Below the pieces are notes generated by a model that saw only the letters and a program-made list of their open reading frames with translations, did not search any database and was not told where the DNA came from. From the IMG/VR virus record IMGVR_UViG_3300043637_000004, positions 1 to 58,262 of that record: DNA of 58,262 nt. One strand, 5' to 3'. Position 1 is the stretch's first letter. Each line of letters opens with the position of its first letter. Below, piece by piece: positions 17,306-25,120 of the stretch. This DNA is from a virus. Lineage: Duplodnaviria > Caudoviricetes. The position numbers were made by a program, and so were the translations under genes.

Positions 17306-17653
17306 TCACAGCGCCGCTTCATCGCGGGTCTCGGCCGGGTTCTCACGGATGTCGCATACGGCCATCCAGACCCAGCGCCGGAGGTTTTTCGCATCGTCCG
17401 CCAGCTCGGCATCATCCCAAGCGCCGGAGCCCCGCAACTCATCCCGCACATGGCCCAGGTCCAGCGCAGCCAGTTGCACCGCCACAGCCGGCACGGCCAC
17501 CAGCTCCGCAACCGCATCCTTGGCATCCTCGCCCGGCCGGCTGGCGCGCAGTGCTTGGGCGAGCGTCATCTGCAGGTGCAGCCTGCCGCAGCCGCTGGTG
17601 TAGGTGTGGGTCGTGTTGTCCGGCAGGGCGACTGTGCGTGTGCGGTTTGGCAT
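17306..17653 (-). CDS. hypothetical protein
   Basis: GGAG RBS; GAWDDAELADDAKNLRRWVWMAVCDI motif. Confidence 0.7.
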   Translation of the reverse strand: MPNRTRTVALPDNTTHTYTSGCGRLHLQMTLAQALRASRPGEDAKDAVAELVAVPAVAVQLAALDLGHVRDELRGSGAWDDAELADDAKNLRRWVWMAVCDIRENPAETRDEAAL

Positions 17654-17708
17654 GATGGGGGCTCCGTGGTGGGTGGTCAGGGGCAGGCTCTGGGCCTGCC
17701 GGGGTGGG

Positions 17709-17855
17709 TCAGATCGGCTTGTGGAAGTAGCGGTAGCCGCCGTAGGCGTTATCCATCCGGTCCACGGCACGCAGAGCGGCGCGCAGGCTCTTGTAAACCG
17801 TGCGGTTTGCTGGCTTGCCGGTCTGGCGGTCCCAAACGACGTAGTTGCGCGGCAT
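17709..17855 (-). CDS. small basic hypothetical protein
   Basis: AGGAG RBS; DRMDNAYGGYRY. Confidence 0.6.
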   Translation of the reverse strand: MPRNYVVWDRQTGKPANRTVYKSLRAALRAVDRMDNAYGGYRYFHKPI

Positions 17856-17910
17856 GGTGTGGCTCCTGGTCAGGTTGGTCAAATCAGCGCCCCGTAGGGC
17901 GCGTGGTAGG

Positions 17911-18198
17911 TCAGGCGGAGCGGTAGTAGCCTGCCAGCGGCATCGCCACGACGGCCTCGATCTGCTCAATGTCCTGTCCGTCTTCGCAGACGTAGCCATC
18001 CGGGGCGATGTGAACCGCGAAACCGCCAGCAGAACTATGGATGTCGCTGCGGACGATCTCACGGTACGACTCGCCGTCATTGCAGACGGTGCCGCCAGTC
18101 TCGGCCACAGCCATGACGCAGGCCTGCGCCGCGGACTCGGCATTGCAGGCGTGCCACACGAAACCGCTGTTCAGATCGATCAGTGCAAATCTGGTCAT
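17911..18198 (-). CDS. hypothetical protein, first gene of the leftward early unit
   Basis: GAGGG RBS; downstream of the 18271 promoter. Confidence 0.65.
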   Translation of the reverse strand: MTRFALIDLNSGFVWHACNAESAAQACVMAVAETGGTVCNDGESYREIVRSDIHSSAGGFAVHIAPDGYVCEDGQDIEQIEAVVAMPLAGYYRSA

Positions 18199-18254
18199 GT
18201 CGCCCTCTATCTTGGCTCGCAGCCCGCCCAGTGCCGGCTGCATGCCACCAATGA

Positions 18255-18271
18255 TTGCATCGTCCGTGCCA
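18255..18271 (-). promoter_or_regulatory. sigma54 (-24/-12) promoter TGGCACGGACGATGCAA
   Basis: One mismatch to TGGCACG-N4-TTGCW; intergenic and correctly oriented. Confidence 0.7.
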
Positions 18272-18334
18272 GCCCAGCTTGGGCCGCCGCAAGCGCATTC
18301 ACGCCAAATCCGCACGCCCAGCCCACCACAACCC

Positions 18335-18389
18335 GACGAAAACCGTCACCGGTACCGCCAAAACACGTCATAGGCCGACCAAACGCGTC
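18335..18389. promoter_or_regulatory. three G(A/C)C-N7-GTC putative enhancer sites
   Basis: Sites at 18335, 18357 and 18377. Confidence 0.6.
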
Positions 18390-18696
18390 GCCTGTCCATG
18401 CGCGCGCCATACGCCAGCGCCACCTCCCAGGCCGGCCCACGCGCATCAGCGATGCGGGGTGTTGCAGCCACACCGCTGGGTCAAATGGCCCAGACGGTTC
18501 GGGGGTTGGGACCAAAGAGCCCCTCCAATCCCTCCAAGCATCCGCAACAGCAACCCCAGCGCATCACGCCCTCGCCAGCAACCAATCGACCAGCCAGACC
18601 ACGCACTCCGCAAAGATCAGCCAGCCGATACCAGGATCATCAACTCAACAGCCAAAGTATCGGCAAATGCGACAAAGTTGGCGCTTTCGCCTCTGT

Positions 18697-18724
18697 TTGA
18701 CGCCTGCGCGCGCGAGGGTAGAGT
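18697..18724 (+). promoter_or_regulatory. sigma70-like promoter TTGACG-16-TAGAGT, probably leaderless
   Basis: ATG lies 6 nt after the -10 element. Confidence 0.55.
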
Positions 18725-18730
18725 AGTGGC

Positions 18731-19600
18731 ATGGGCATCTACATCACGATCGACTGCACGCTGTGCGGTCAGCAGCACCGGCTGGGGCACTGCGTGCACG
18801 AGCGGAGGGAGAGGCAGAGGGAGGCGTGGCATGCGCGGGCTGCTGCGGCTGGTCACGCTGGCGTGACGCAATGTCACGCTGGCGTGACACAATGCGATAT
18901 GCCAATGACCACACCGCCTGCCGTGGCCCTGGGCCGCTGCCCAGCCTGTAGAGAGTTGCCGACGCGCTGCCACTGTCGACGAGGGTCGACGCTGGTGGGC
19001 TCTGTGGCCGTAGCGCCAATCCAGCCCATCCAGGCCGACCCGCCCGCCAAACTTCCGTTCAGCCAGGCGATGGTGACCGGTGCGGCGCTGGCCGGTGATC
19101 AGGCTGTGGATGCTGCCGCGGTTGGGCCGCTGCCGGCTGATGTTGTGGCGCTGGCGCTTGAGCATGCAGGCCGGGCTGGGCTGGCGCCGGCCGAGTGGCT
19201 GGGCAGGGCTGCCAGGGCGTATGCGCGGGTGCCGGCTAGCGCGGCGGAGCGCAAGAGAGCCAGCCGAGCGAGGTCGCGCAGGGGATCGGCCACGCCTGGC
19301 GTTTGCTGCGTGTGTGGTGCTGACGCATGGTCGCCGAGAGCGTGGTTATGCATCGGGTGTGGTGATCGTGGCGGCGAGTCGGCAAGGCGCGCGGTGGCGG
19401 CAGAGGTCGCGGCGGGCAAGCTGACCTCCGCTGACACGCTGCAGTGCGCTGACTGCGGCGGCAATGCGTCCATCTATGACCACAGGGACTACGGTAGTCC
19501 ATTGGGTGTTCAGGCGGTCTGCGGCCGGTGCAATGTGCTCAGAGGGCCGGCTGATCTGCCGGTGCCGACCAAGGCTGTCACATCCGAGGCGCCGGAGTGA
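18731..19600 (+). CDS. Zn-finger / HNH-like protein
   Basis: N-terminal CTLCGQQH..C, SAAERKRASRAR, C-terminal CADCG...YDHRDY..PLGVQAVCGRCN. Confidence 0.6.
   Translation: MGIYITIDCTLCGQQHRLGHCVHERRERQREAWHARAAAAGHAGVTQCHAGVTQCDMPMTTPPAVALGRCPACRELPTRCHCRRGSTLVGSVAVAPIQPIQADPPAKLPFSQAMVTGAALAGDQAVDAAAVGPLPADVVALALEHAGRAGLAPAEWLGRAARAYARVPASAAERKRASRARSRRGSATPGVCCVCGADAWSPRAWLCIGCGDRGGESARRAVAAEVAAGKLTSADTLQCADCGGNASIYDHRDYGSPLGVQAVCGRCNVLRGPADLPVPTKAVTSEAPE
18852..18888. repeat. tandem palindrome GTCACGCTGGCGTGAC x2 with 21-bp period
   Basis: Copies at 18852-18867 and 18873-18888. Confidence 0.85.
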
Positions 19601-19611
19601 CGCACTTGGTC
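19567..19611. promoter_or_regulatory. two GAC-N7-GTC putative enhancer sites
   Basis: Sites at 19567 and 19599. Confidence 0.55.
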
Positions 19612-19675
19612 GGCCGCTCATCCTGGATGTGCCGCGGAGCGTCGGCTAGGGAGGATGATGGCGATTGCGCTGGGG

Positions 19676-19692
19676 TGGCACGGGGCGTGCAA
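19676..19692 (+). promoter_or_regulatory. sigma54 promoter TGGCACGGGGCGTGCAA
   Basis: -24/-12 consensus; followed by a GGAG RBS and ATG at 19723. Confidence 0.7.
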
Positions 19693-19722
19693 CAGTCCAG
19701 GCATACCAACCTGGAGCCCACC

Positions 19723-19872
19723 ATGCCGAACCGCTGCCTGATCTCTGCTGCTGCCGCCTGGGTGCGGTGCCTGCGCAATGACCCTGGCCGCCGGCACATG
19801 GCGCGCGATGCTGCCTTCGAGGCCCGCCGCTCGATTGGCGCGATCCTGCTGCGCCGGTCGGTGGCGTCATGA
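19723..19872 (+). CDS. small hypothetical protein
   Basis: GGAG RBS after the sigma54 promoter. Confidence 0.55.
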   Translation: MPNRCLISAAAAWVRCLRNDPGRRHMARDAAFEARRSIGAILLRRSVAS

Positions 19873-20278
19873 GCCGGCCCGCCCCAATCCACCACACCAG
19901 CATCGCCAGCGCCCTGGCGTACTACCGGTGGCGCCGGTGCGGATTCGCCCGCTGGGCTGCCCACGAGCTGGCCGAGCAATCGGCGCGTGGCAGGCCGGTG
20001 GCCAGGATCATCGCCCACGGCCTGCGCACTGGAGCCTAGGCATGACCCGCACCCTCGTGCTCATCGCCTGCGCCGTGGCCGCATGGCTCGCCGCAGTCGC
20101 CTGCTGGCTGGGGTCGCTGTGATCCGCGCCATTGCAGCCCACGCAGCCTGCCTCGCGGCCCTGCACCTGCTCCGCCTGGCCGGTCAGCTCGCCCATGCCC
20201 ACCTGCTGCTGACCAACGCCGCCGGCGCCCTGCTCGCCCGCTCCATCCGCCTCACCCTCCCGCCCAAGTAGCCGGCAC

Positions 20279-20333
20279 GACAGGCTGCGTCACCCCGCCG
20301 ACGCATCCCGTCGCCAGCCTGCCGCGTTCCGTC
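20279..20333. promoter_or_regulatory. three G(A/C)C-N7-GTC putative enhancer sites at an exact 21-bp period
   Basis: Sites at 20279, 20300 and 20321. Confidence 0.6.
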
Positions 20334-20365
20334 ACTCCGCGGGCCCTGCAAGCGCCTCCATCGGC

Positions 20366-20382
20366 TGGCACGATCCTCGCAA
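20366..20382 (+). promoter_or_regulatory. sigma54 promoter TGGCACGATCCTCGCAA
   Basis: -24/-12 consensus; followed by an AAGGA RBS and ATG at 20419. Confidence 0.7.
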
Positions 20383-20418
20383 CTGTCCATGCACTCACCA
20401 CCCACAAGGACCAGCACC

Positions 20419-20586
20419 ATGACCACCGCCCAACTCGTTGCAGCCCTCGGCGCCCGCAAGGGCAGCATCCAAGCCGCCTGGCTCGCCTCCCGGACCCAGC
20501 CCGGCACCGAGGTGTACGCCACCTTCCTGGCAGCCTACGGAGAGGCGTGCAAGAGGTACTGGCGGGCAGCGATCCTGCTGGGCTGA
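20419..20586 (+). CDS. small hypothetical protein
   Basis: AAGGA RBS. Confidence 0.55.
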   Translation: MTTAQLVAALGARKGSIQAAWLASRTQPGTEVYATFLAAYGEACKRYWRAAILLG

Positions 20587-21032
20587 GCGACGGGGCCGAG
20601 AGCCCCGCTTCGCCTCGCGGCCGGCCCACCCCCCCCGCCCCCCTTCGAGCTGTCGGCGCCCCCCCAACCCCGGCCCCCGGTCGAATCGAAACCAGTACCC
20701 ACTGCTGCGGCTGTAGGGACCCCCACCTCCATTTGTGCGCGGAGAGAATTCCCCCAAATCAGGTTTTCGTGGGAGGTGCGGCTGGAATATGGCTGAGCGG
20801 GTATTCATGAGGTGGTTTGGGGCGGTTTCGGCGGGTTGTATGGGTGGAGGTAGGGTGGCATGATGCGGGCTGGCTGAAGGGATGTATTTGGACTGCATGG
20901 CACATGTGGCCTGCCGGGTTAGCTGGGTTTCTCCAATCCTGAAGGTGGCGCCCGGGTGACGGGATCAATGGACGGGGCAAGCTGGGGGTCCCCCGACGAA
21001 TGTGCTGAACCTCTGATGAACTGGAGTGCGGC

Positions 21033-21239
21033 GTGGATCGTGGTGAGTGGCTGTGGAGGTGCGCGGCGAGGTTCCGGCAGATCGTGGACGTTGACGCTGA
21101 GGAGGCGGATGCGCTGGCGGTGCAGAACGCGGTTGAAGAGGCTGCGGTGCGTGGTGGTGACCCGGCTGGTTGGCGGGACCCGGAGGCGGTGGCGAACGAG
21201 GATGTGAGGGTGTGGGCGGGGAGGGTGAAGGAGGTGTGA
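21033..21239 (+). CDS. hypothetical protein
   Basis: GGAG upstream; first of a run of closely packed ORFs. Confidence 0.5.
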   Translation: MDRGEWLWRCAARFRQIVDVDAEEADALAVQNAVEEAAVRGGDPAGWRDPEAVANEDVRVWAGRVKEV

Positions 21240-21240
21240 T

Positions 21241-21438
21241 GTGGAAGCGAACGAAGTGCGGGTGGACGTGATGTACCGGGGTGTGCCGGGCCGGGCAGAG
21301 CGCGAGCTGGTGGCTGTGATCGAGCGCTGCGTGGTTGAGCACGCTCGGCGCACGGGCCGGGCTCCGGCGTTGGTGCTGGCGGTGGGGGCGAAGTCGGCGC
21401 CGGATGAAGTTCGGTCGGCCATGGAGGCGATCGCATGA
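21241..21438 (+). CDS. hypothetical protein
   Basis: AAGGAGG RBS. Confidence 0.55.
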   Translation: MEANEVRVDVMYRGVPGRAERELVAVIERCVVEHARRTGRAPALVLAVGAKSAPDEVRSAMEAIA

Positions 21439-21641
21439 CGGCAGCACTGGTGGTTGAGCGCCACGCCCTGGTTGCTGGCGCGGCGCGGCTGGACGCGTTC
21501 ATTGCAGGCGACGGTTTCAACCGGCTGGGCCGCCAGAACAAGATCTCGCTGCTGCGGCAGCATGCGGCATTGATCTGGAACATCGATGTGCTGGACAGGC
21601 GAATTGCCGGCTGCTGCCAAACCGAAGGAGCGATTGAATGA
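21435..21641 (+). CDS. small helical protein resembling the crAss001_48-like family
   Basis: Pattern E..L....RLDAFI....F..L......LLRQ.......VL.RRIA. Confidence 0.5.
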   Translation: MTAALVVERHALVAGAARLDAFIAGDGFNRLGRQNKISLLRQHAALIWNIDVLDRRIAGCCQTEGAIE

Positions 21642-21982
21642 GCTTGCCGATGATCCGTGCCGACTGGGCGCAGCACATGGTGTACGGGGCCTGGGTTGGC
21701 GCTGCTGGTGCGGCCGGGGTGCTGGTGATTGCTCAGGTAGCAGGCCGGCCAGAGATGGGCCTCATGGCGCCGGTTGGTGGCCTGTGGGCGGCGCTGGTTG
21801 CCGGGCTGGCTAAGGAGTTGGCCGACTGGTTGGCAAACCGCCGGGTCATGTCCGACGTGCTGCTGTGGCAACTGGACAGGCCGGCCACGACACCGCACGA
21901 GGTGTCGGCTGCCGACGTGGTGGCCACCGTGGCCGGGGCGCTGCCGGTGGCGGTGCCGCTGTTCCTGTCGATGTGGAGGTGA
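21638..21982 (+). CDS. membrane protein
   Basis: DWAQH...AGLAKELADW...ADVVATVAG with hydrophobic helices. Confidence 0.65.
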   Translation: MSLPMIRADWAQHMVYGAWVGAAGAAGVLVIAQVAGRPEMGLMAPVGGLWAALVAGLAKELADWLANRRVMSDVLLWQLDRPATTPHEVSAADVVATVAGALPVAVPLFLSMWR

Positions 21983-22108
21983 TGGTGATGGGTGACGACG
22001 AGGACGTGACGGTGCTGCGGCTGATCCTGTGGGCGGCTGTGGCGTGGCTGGTGGTCGTAGTGTGCTGGGTGTGGTCGCTGACGTGATGCGGCGAGCGAAG
22101 GGGTATGA

Positions 22109-22333
22109 GTGGCTGATGCAGGGTTGCGGATTGCGGTGCGGCGAGAGGGCGCGGTGTTCAACGCCTACTTGGCTGAAGCTGGCACGATGGAGGGATCGAT
22201 GCTGGTGGCGAGCATCAACGCCGCCGTGTGCGAGCAGGATCCGGTGATGTTCGACCGGTTCAAGCGGCTATGCGAGTCGGCGGTGAAGTCGATGATGCGC
22301 GGGATGGGCGCGGTTGTGGCGGGGGGCGCGTGA
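22109..22333 (+). CDS. hypothetical protein
   Basis: RIAVRREGAVFNAYLA...MEGSMLVASI. Confidence 0.6.
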   Translation: MADAGLRIAVRREGAVFNAYLAEAGTMEGSMLVASINAAVCEQDPVMFDRFKRLCESAVKSMMRGMGAVVAGGA

Positions 22334-22515
22334 CGATGGATGCGGTGCTGATCTGGATGCCGCTGACGCGGCTGTGGTTGTGCGTGGGCCCGGACGGCCG
22401 GCAGGGCCTGGGCGTGACGAAGGAGCAGGCAGCCGCCGAGTGGCGGGCGGCCGGTGCGGTGGCGGCGCTGCTTGATAGGTTGCGCGGCGCAGCGGTGAAG
22501 CTGGGGGGCTGAGCC

Positions 22516-23061
22516 ATGGCCAGGAAACCGCCAGACAAAACCAAGGTGGTGCCGGCCGCCGCCGTGGCCGATGAGGTGGTGGAGATCGACTTCTCGCGGC
22601 TGTTTGAGCGCATTGCCGCTGGCGGCACGCTGGCGGTGGAGGCCGAGAAGTTGAAGTTGCCGATCTACAAGCTCACCGGCTGCATCATGCGCGACGCCGA
22701 ACTGTCCAGGCAGTACCAGGTGGCTGAGGTGATGCGGGCGATGGTGTGGGCGGACGAGATTGTGTCCATCGCCGACGAGTCGTGCGTGGTGGACGTGACG
22801 GACCGATCCGGGCATGTGATCGCCAAGGGCGTTGACAACGCCAAGGTGAACGACAAGCGGCTGAGGATCGACACCCGCAAGTGGATGGTGCAGAAGCTGC
22901 TGCCGCGGTTCAAGGACGATGCCGCGGACCTGGTGGCGGACGCGCTGACGGAGTTGCTGAACCGGGTGAACCAGTCGGGCCGGGCCCTGCAGATCACGAG
23001 CCGGGATTCTGAGACGCCCGAGCCGAAGCGGGTCGCGGCCACGATCACGCCCAGGCAATGA
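22516..23061 (+). CDS. terS: terminase small subunit
   Basis: WADEIVSIAD...KRLRIDTRKWMVQKLLPRF, Sf6-type TerS pattern; directly upstream of terL. Confidence 0.88.
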   Translation: MARKPPDKTKVVPAAAVADEVVEIDFSRLFERIAAGGTLAVEAEKLKLPIYKLTGCIMRDAELSRQYQVAEVMRAMVWADEIVSIADESCVVDVTDRSGHVIAKGVDNAKVNDKRLRIDTRKWMVQKLLPRFKDDAADLVADALTELLNRVNQSGRALQITSRDSETPEPKRVAATITPRQ

Positions 23062-24689
23062 ACTACGAACCGGTACCGCTGGACTTCAGGCCCTCCAACG
23101 AGAAGGAGTTTGAGCTGGCGCTGCTGGACCCGATGTGGCGGCTGTGCAGCGGCCAGTTGTACAAGATCATGCTGAAGGAGCGGGACGACGACGAGGGCGG
23201 CATGGTGGTGCCATTCCGACCGAACTCGATGCAGTCGAAGTTCCTGGATGCAATCTGGTATCGCAACATCGTCTGCAAGGCCCGCCAGCAAGGCTACACC
23301 ACCCTCATCAGCATGATGTGGCTGGACCACGCGCTGTTCGTGGCCGACCAGCGCTGCGGCATGGTGGCGCAGACCGAGAAGCACGCAATGGGCTTCTTCC
23401 GGGACAAGGTGGTGTTCGCCTACAACAACCTGCCGCCGGAGCTGAAGGCCCGCATGCCCGTGGCGAAGCAGACCGTTGACGAGCTGTTCTTCGCCCACAA
23501 CAACAGCAGCATCCAGGTGGCCACGTCGCTGCGATCCGGCTTCATCCACCGCCTGCACGTGAGCGAGTACGGGAAGATCTGCCAGGCCTTCCCGGAGAAG
23601 GCCGCCGAGATCGTGAATGGGTCGTTGCCGTCTGTTCCGAATGACGGCATCGTCGTGATCGAGAGCTCGGCCGAGGGCCGGGAGGGCGACTTCTACATCA
23701 AGGTCCAGCAGGCGCTTGCGATTCAGGAGCGTGGCGTCGCGCTCACACCAAAGCACTACCGGCTTCATTTCTGCGCGTGGTGGGAGAACCCTGACTACGC
23801 GCTTGAAGAGGGCTATGTCGATATCACGCAGAAGGACGTGGAGTATTTCCAGGCTGTCGAGGCCGAATGCGAGATGTCGCTGAACGAGGCGCAGAGGCGC
23901 TGGTACATCGCCACTCGCGACGGCGACTTTTCAGGCCAGGAAGAGAGTATGTGGCGGCAATACCCGTCCACCATCGCCGAGCCGTTCCAGGTTTCCACAG
24001 GCGGCAAGTGGTATGCCAAGCAGCTTTCCATTCTGCGCAAGAAGGGGCGGATCGCGGCCGTGCCGCCGGTCGATGGCCTTCCCGTGCACACGTGCTGGGA
24101 TATTGGCGGCGGCGACGGCACGGCGGTGTGGATGTTCCAGTACGTCGGCACGGAATACCACTTCATCGGGTTTGAAGAGGGGTGGGATGAGCCCTACAAC
24201 TTCTACATCGTGAAGTTGCAGCAGTATGGGTACGTGTGGGGTGACCACCTGCTGCCGCACGATGCCGGGCAGAAGCGCCAGACCGGGCACCGCATGCTCG
24301 CGGCCATCGACAGCCTGCGGGCGCTGGCGCTGGGCGGACGCTGGCGGCTGGTGCCCAAGGTGACCGACCTGACGGTGGGCATCAACGAGACGCGATCGAT
24401 CCTGGGCCAGTGCCGGTTCGACGTGAACGCGTGCAAGGACGGCCTGCGCCACCTGGAGCTGTACAGCAAGATCTGGAACGAGCGTGCCAGCGACTGGAGC
24501 AACGCCCCCAACAAGACGAACGGGCACAGCGAGGCCGCGGACGCGATCCGCCAGTTCGCCCAGTTCCGGGCCCGTGAGCGGCTGCTGGGTCGTGATGGGG
24601 GCGACACCACGGCGCCACCGGCCCCGGCCGGAGTGGTGAACAACGTCTTCAGGGACGTTTCAACGGGTGGCGGCTGGATGTCGAACTGA
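23058..24689 (+). CDS. terL: terminase large subunit
   Basis: KARQQGYTT Walker A, LHVSEYG Walker B, IESSAEG, nuclease domain WDIG..D.TAVW...LPHDA...SEAADA. Confidence 0.95.
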   Translation: MNYEPVPLDFRPSNEKEFELALLDPMWRLCSGQLYKIMLKERDDDEGGMVVPFRPNSMQSKFLDAIWYRNIVCKARQQGYTTLISMMWLDHALFVADQRCGMVAQTEKHAMGFFRDKVVFAYNNLPPELKARMPVAKQTVDELFFAHNNSSIQVATSLRSGFIHRLHVSEYGKICQAFPEKAAEIVNGSLPSVPNDGIVVIESSAEGREGDFYIKVQQALAIQERGVALTPKHYRLHFCAWWENPDYALEEGYVDITQKDVEYFQAVEAECEMSLNEAQRRWYIATRDGDFSGQEESMWRQYPSTIAEPFQVSTGGKWYAKQLSILRKKGRIAAVPPVDGLPVHTCWDIGGGDGTAVWMFQYVGTEYHFIGFEEGWDEPYNFYIVKLQQYGYVWGDHLLPHDAGQKRQTGHRMLAAIDSLRALALGGRWRLVPKVTDLTVGINETRSILGQCRFDVNACKDGLRHLELYSKIWNERASDWSNAPNKTNGHSEAADAIRQFAQFRARERLLGRDGGDTTAPPAPAGVVNNVFRDVSTGGGWMSN

Positions 24690-24716
24690 CCTCGAAAGGA
24701 GGTGCGAGGCTACACT

Positions 24717-24732
24717 GTGAGCGCGCACTTAC
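24717..24732 (+). promoter_or_regulatory. late-gene operator-like motif GTGAGCGCGCACTTAC
   Basis: Follows TACACT (-10-like); related motifs at 30744, 30767 and 38101. Confidence 0.45.
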
Positions 24733-24744
24733 TTTGGGGGTTAT

Positions 24745-25119
24745 ATGGCGGCACCGGGACGGCAATACTTCGAGGGGGTCATTTCGGTCCAGAACGCCAC
24801 ACCCGGCGGACCTGCGACCGAAGGCAGCGCCGTGGAGATGGACACCACGGACGCGAGGACGCTGACGATGCAGGTGGTCGGCACCTACGGCGTCAGCGCG
24901 CTGTCGATCCAGGTCACGAACAACGGCAGGAACTGGGTCACGCTGGCGGGTACGGGGACGGTGACGCGGCAGACCACTGGCGTTGCCACGGCGACGGTGA
25001 CGGCGGCTGAGCAGGATTGCTACGCTATCGTCTGCCCCGGCTTCAGCCGCATGCGGGTGACGGCGCTGGGCGCGATCACGGGCAGGGCCCAGATCACGCT
25101 GCGGACGGTGGCGGGCTGA
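24745..25119 (+). CDS. putative virion protein
   Basis: Beta-rich 124-aa protein between terL and the portal. Confidence 0.65.
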   Translation: MAAPGRQYFEGVISVQNATPGGPATEGSAVEMDTTDARTLTMQVVGTYGVSALSIQVTNNGRNWVTLAGTGTVTRQTTGVATATVTAAEQDCYAIVCPGFSRMRVTALGAITGRAQITLRTVAG

Positions 25120-25120
25120 G

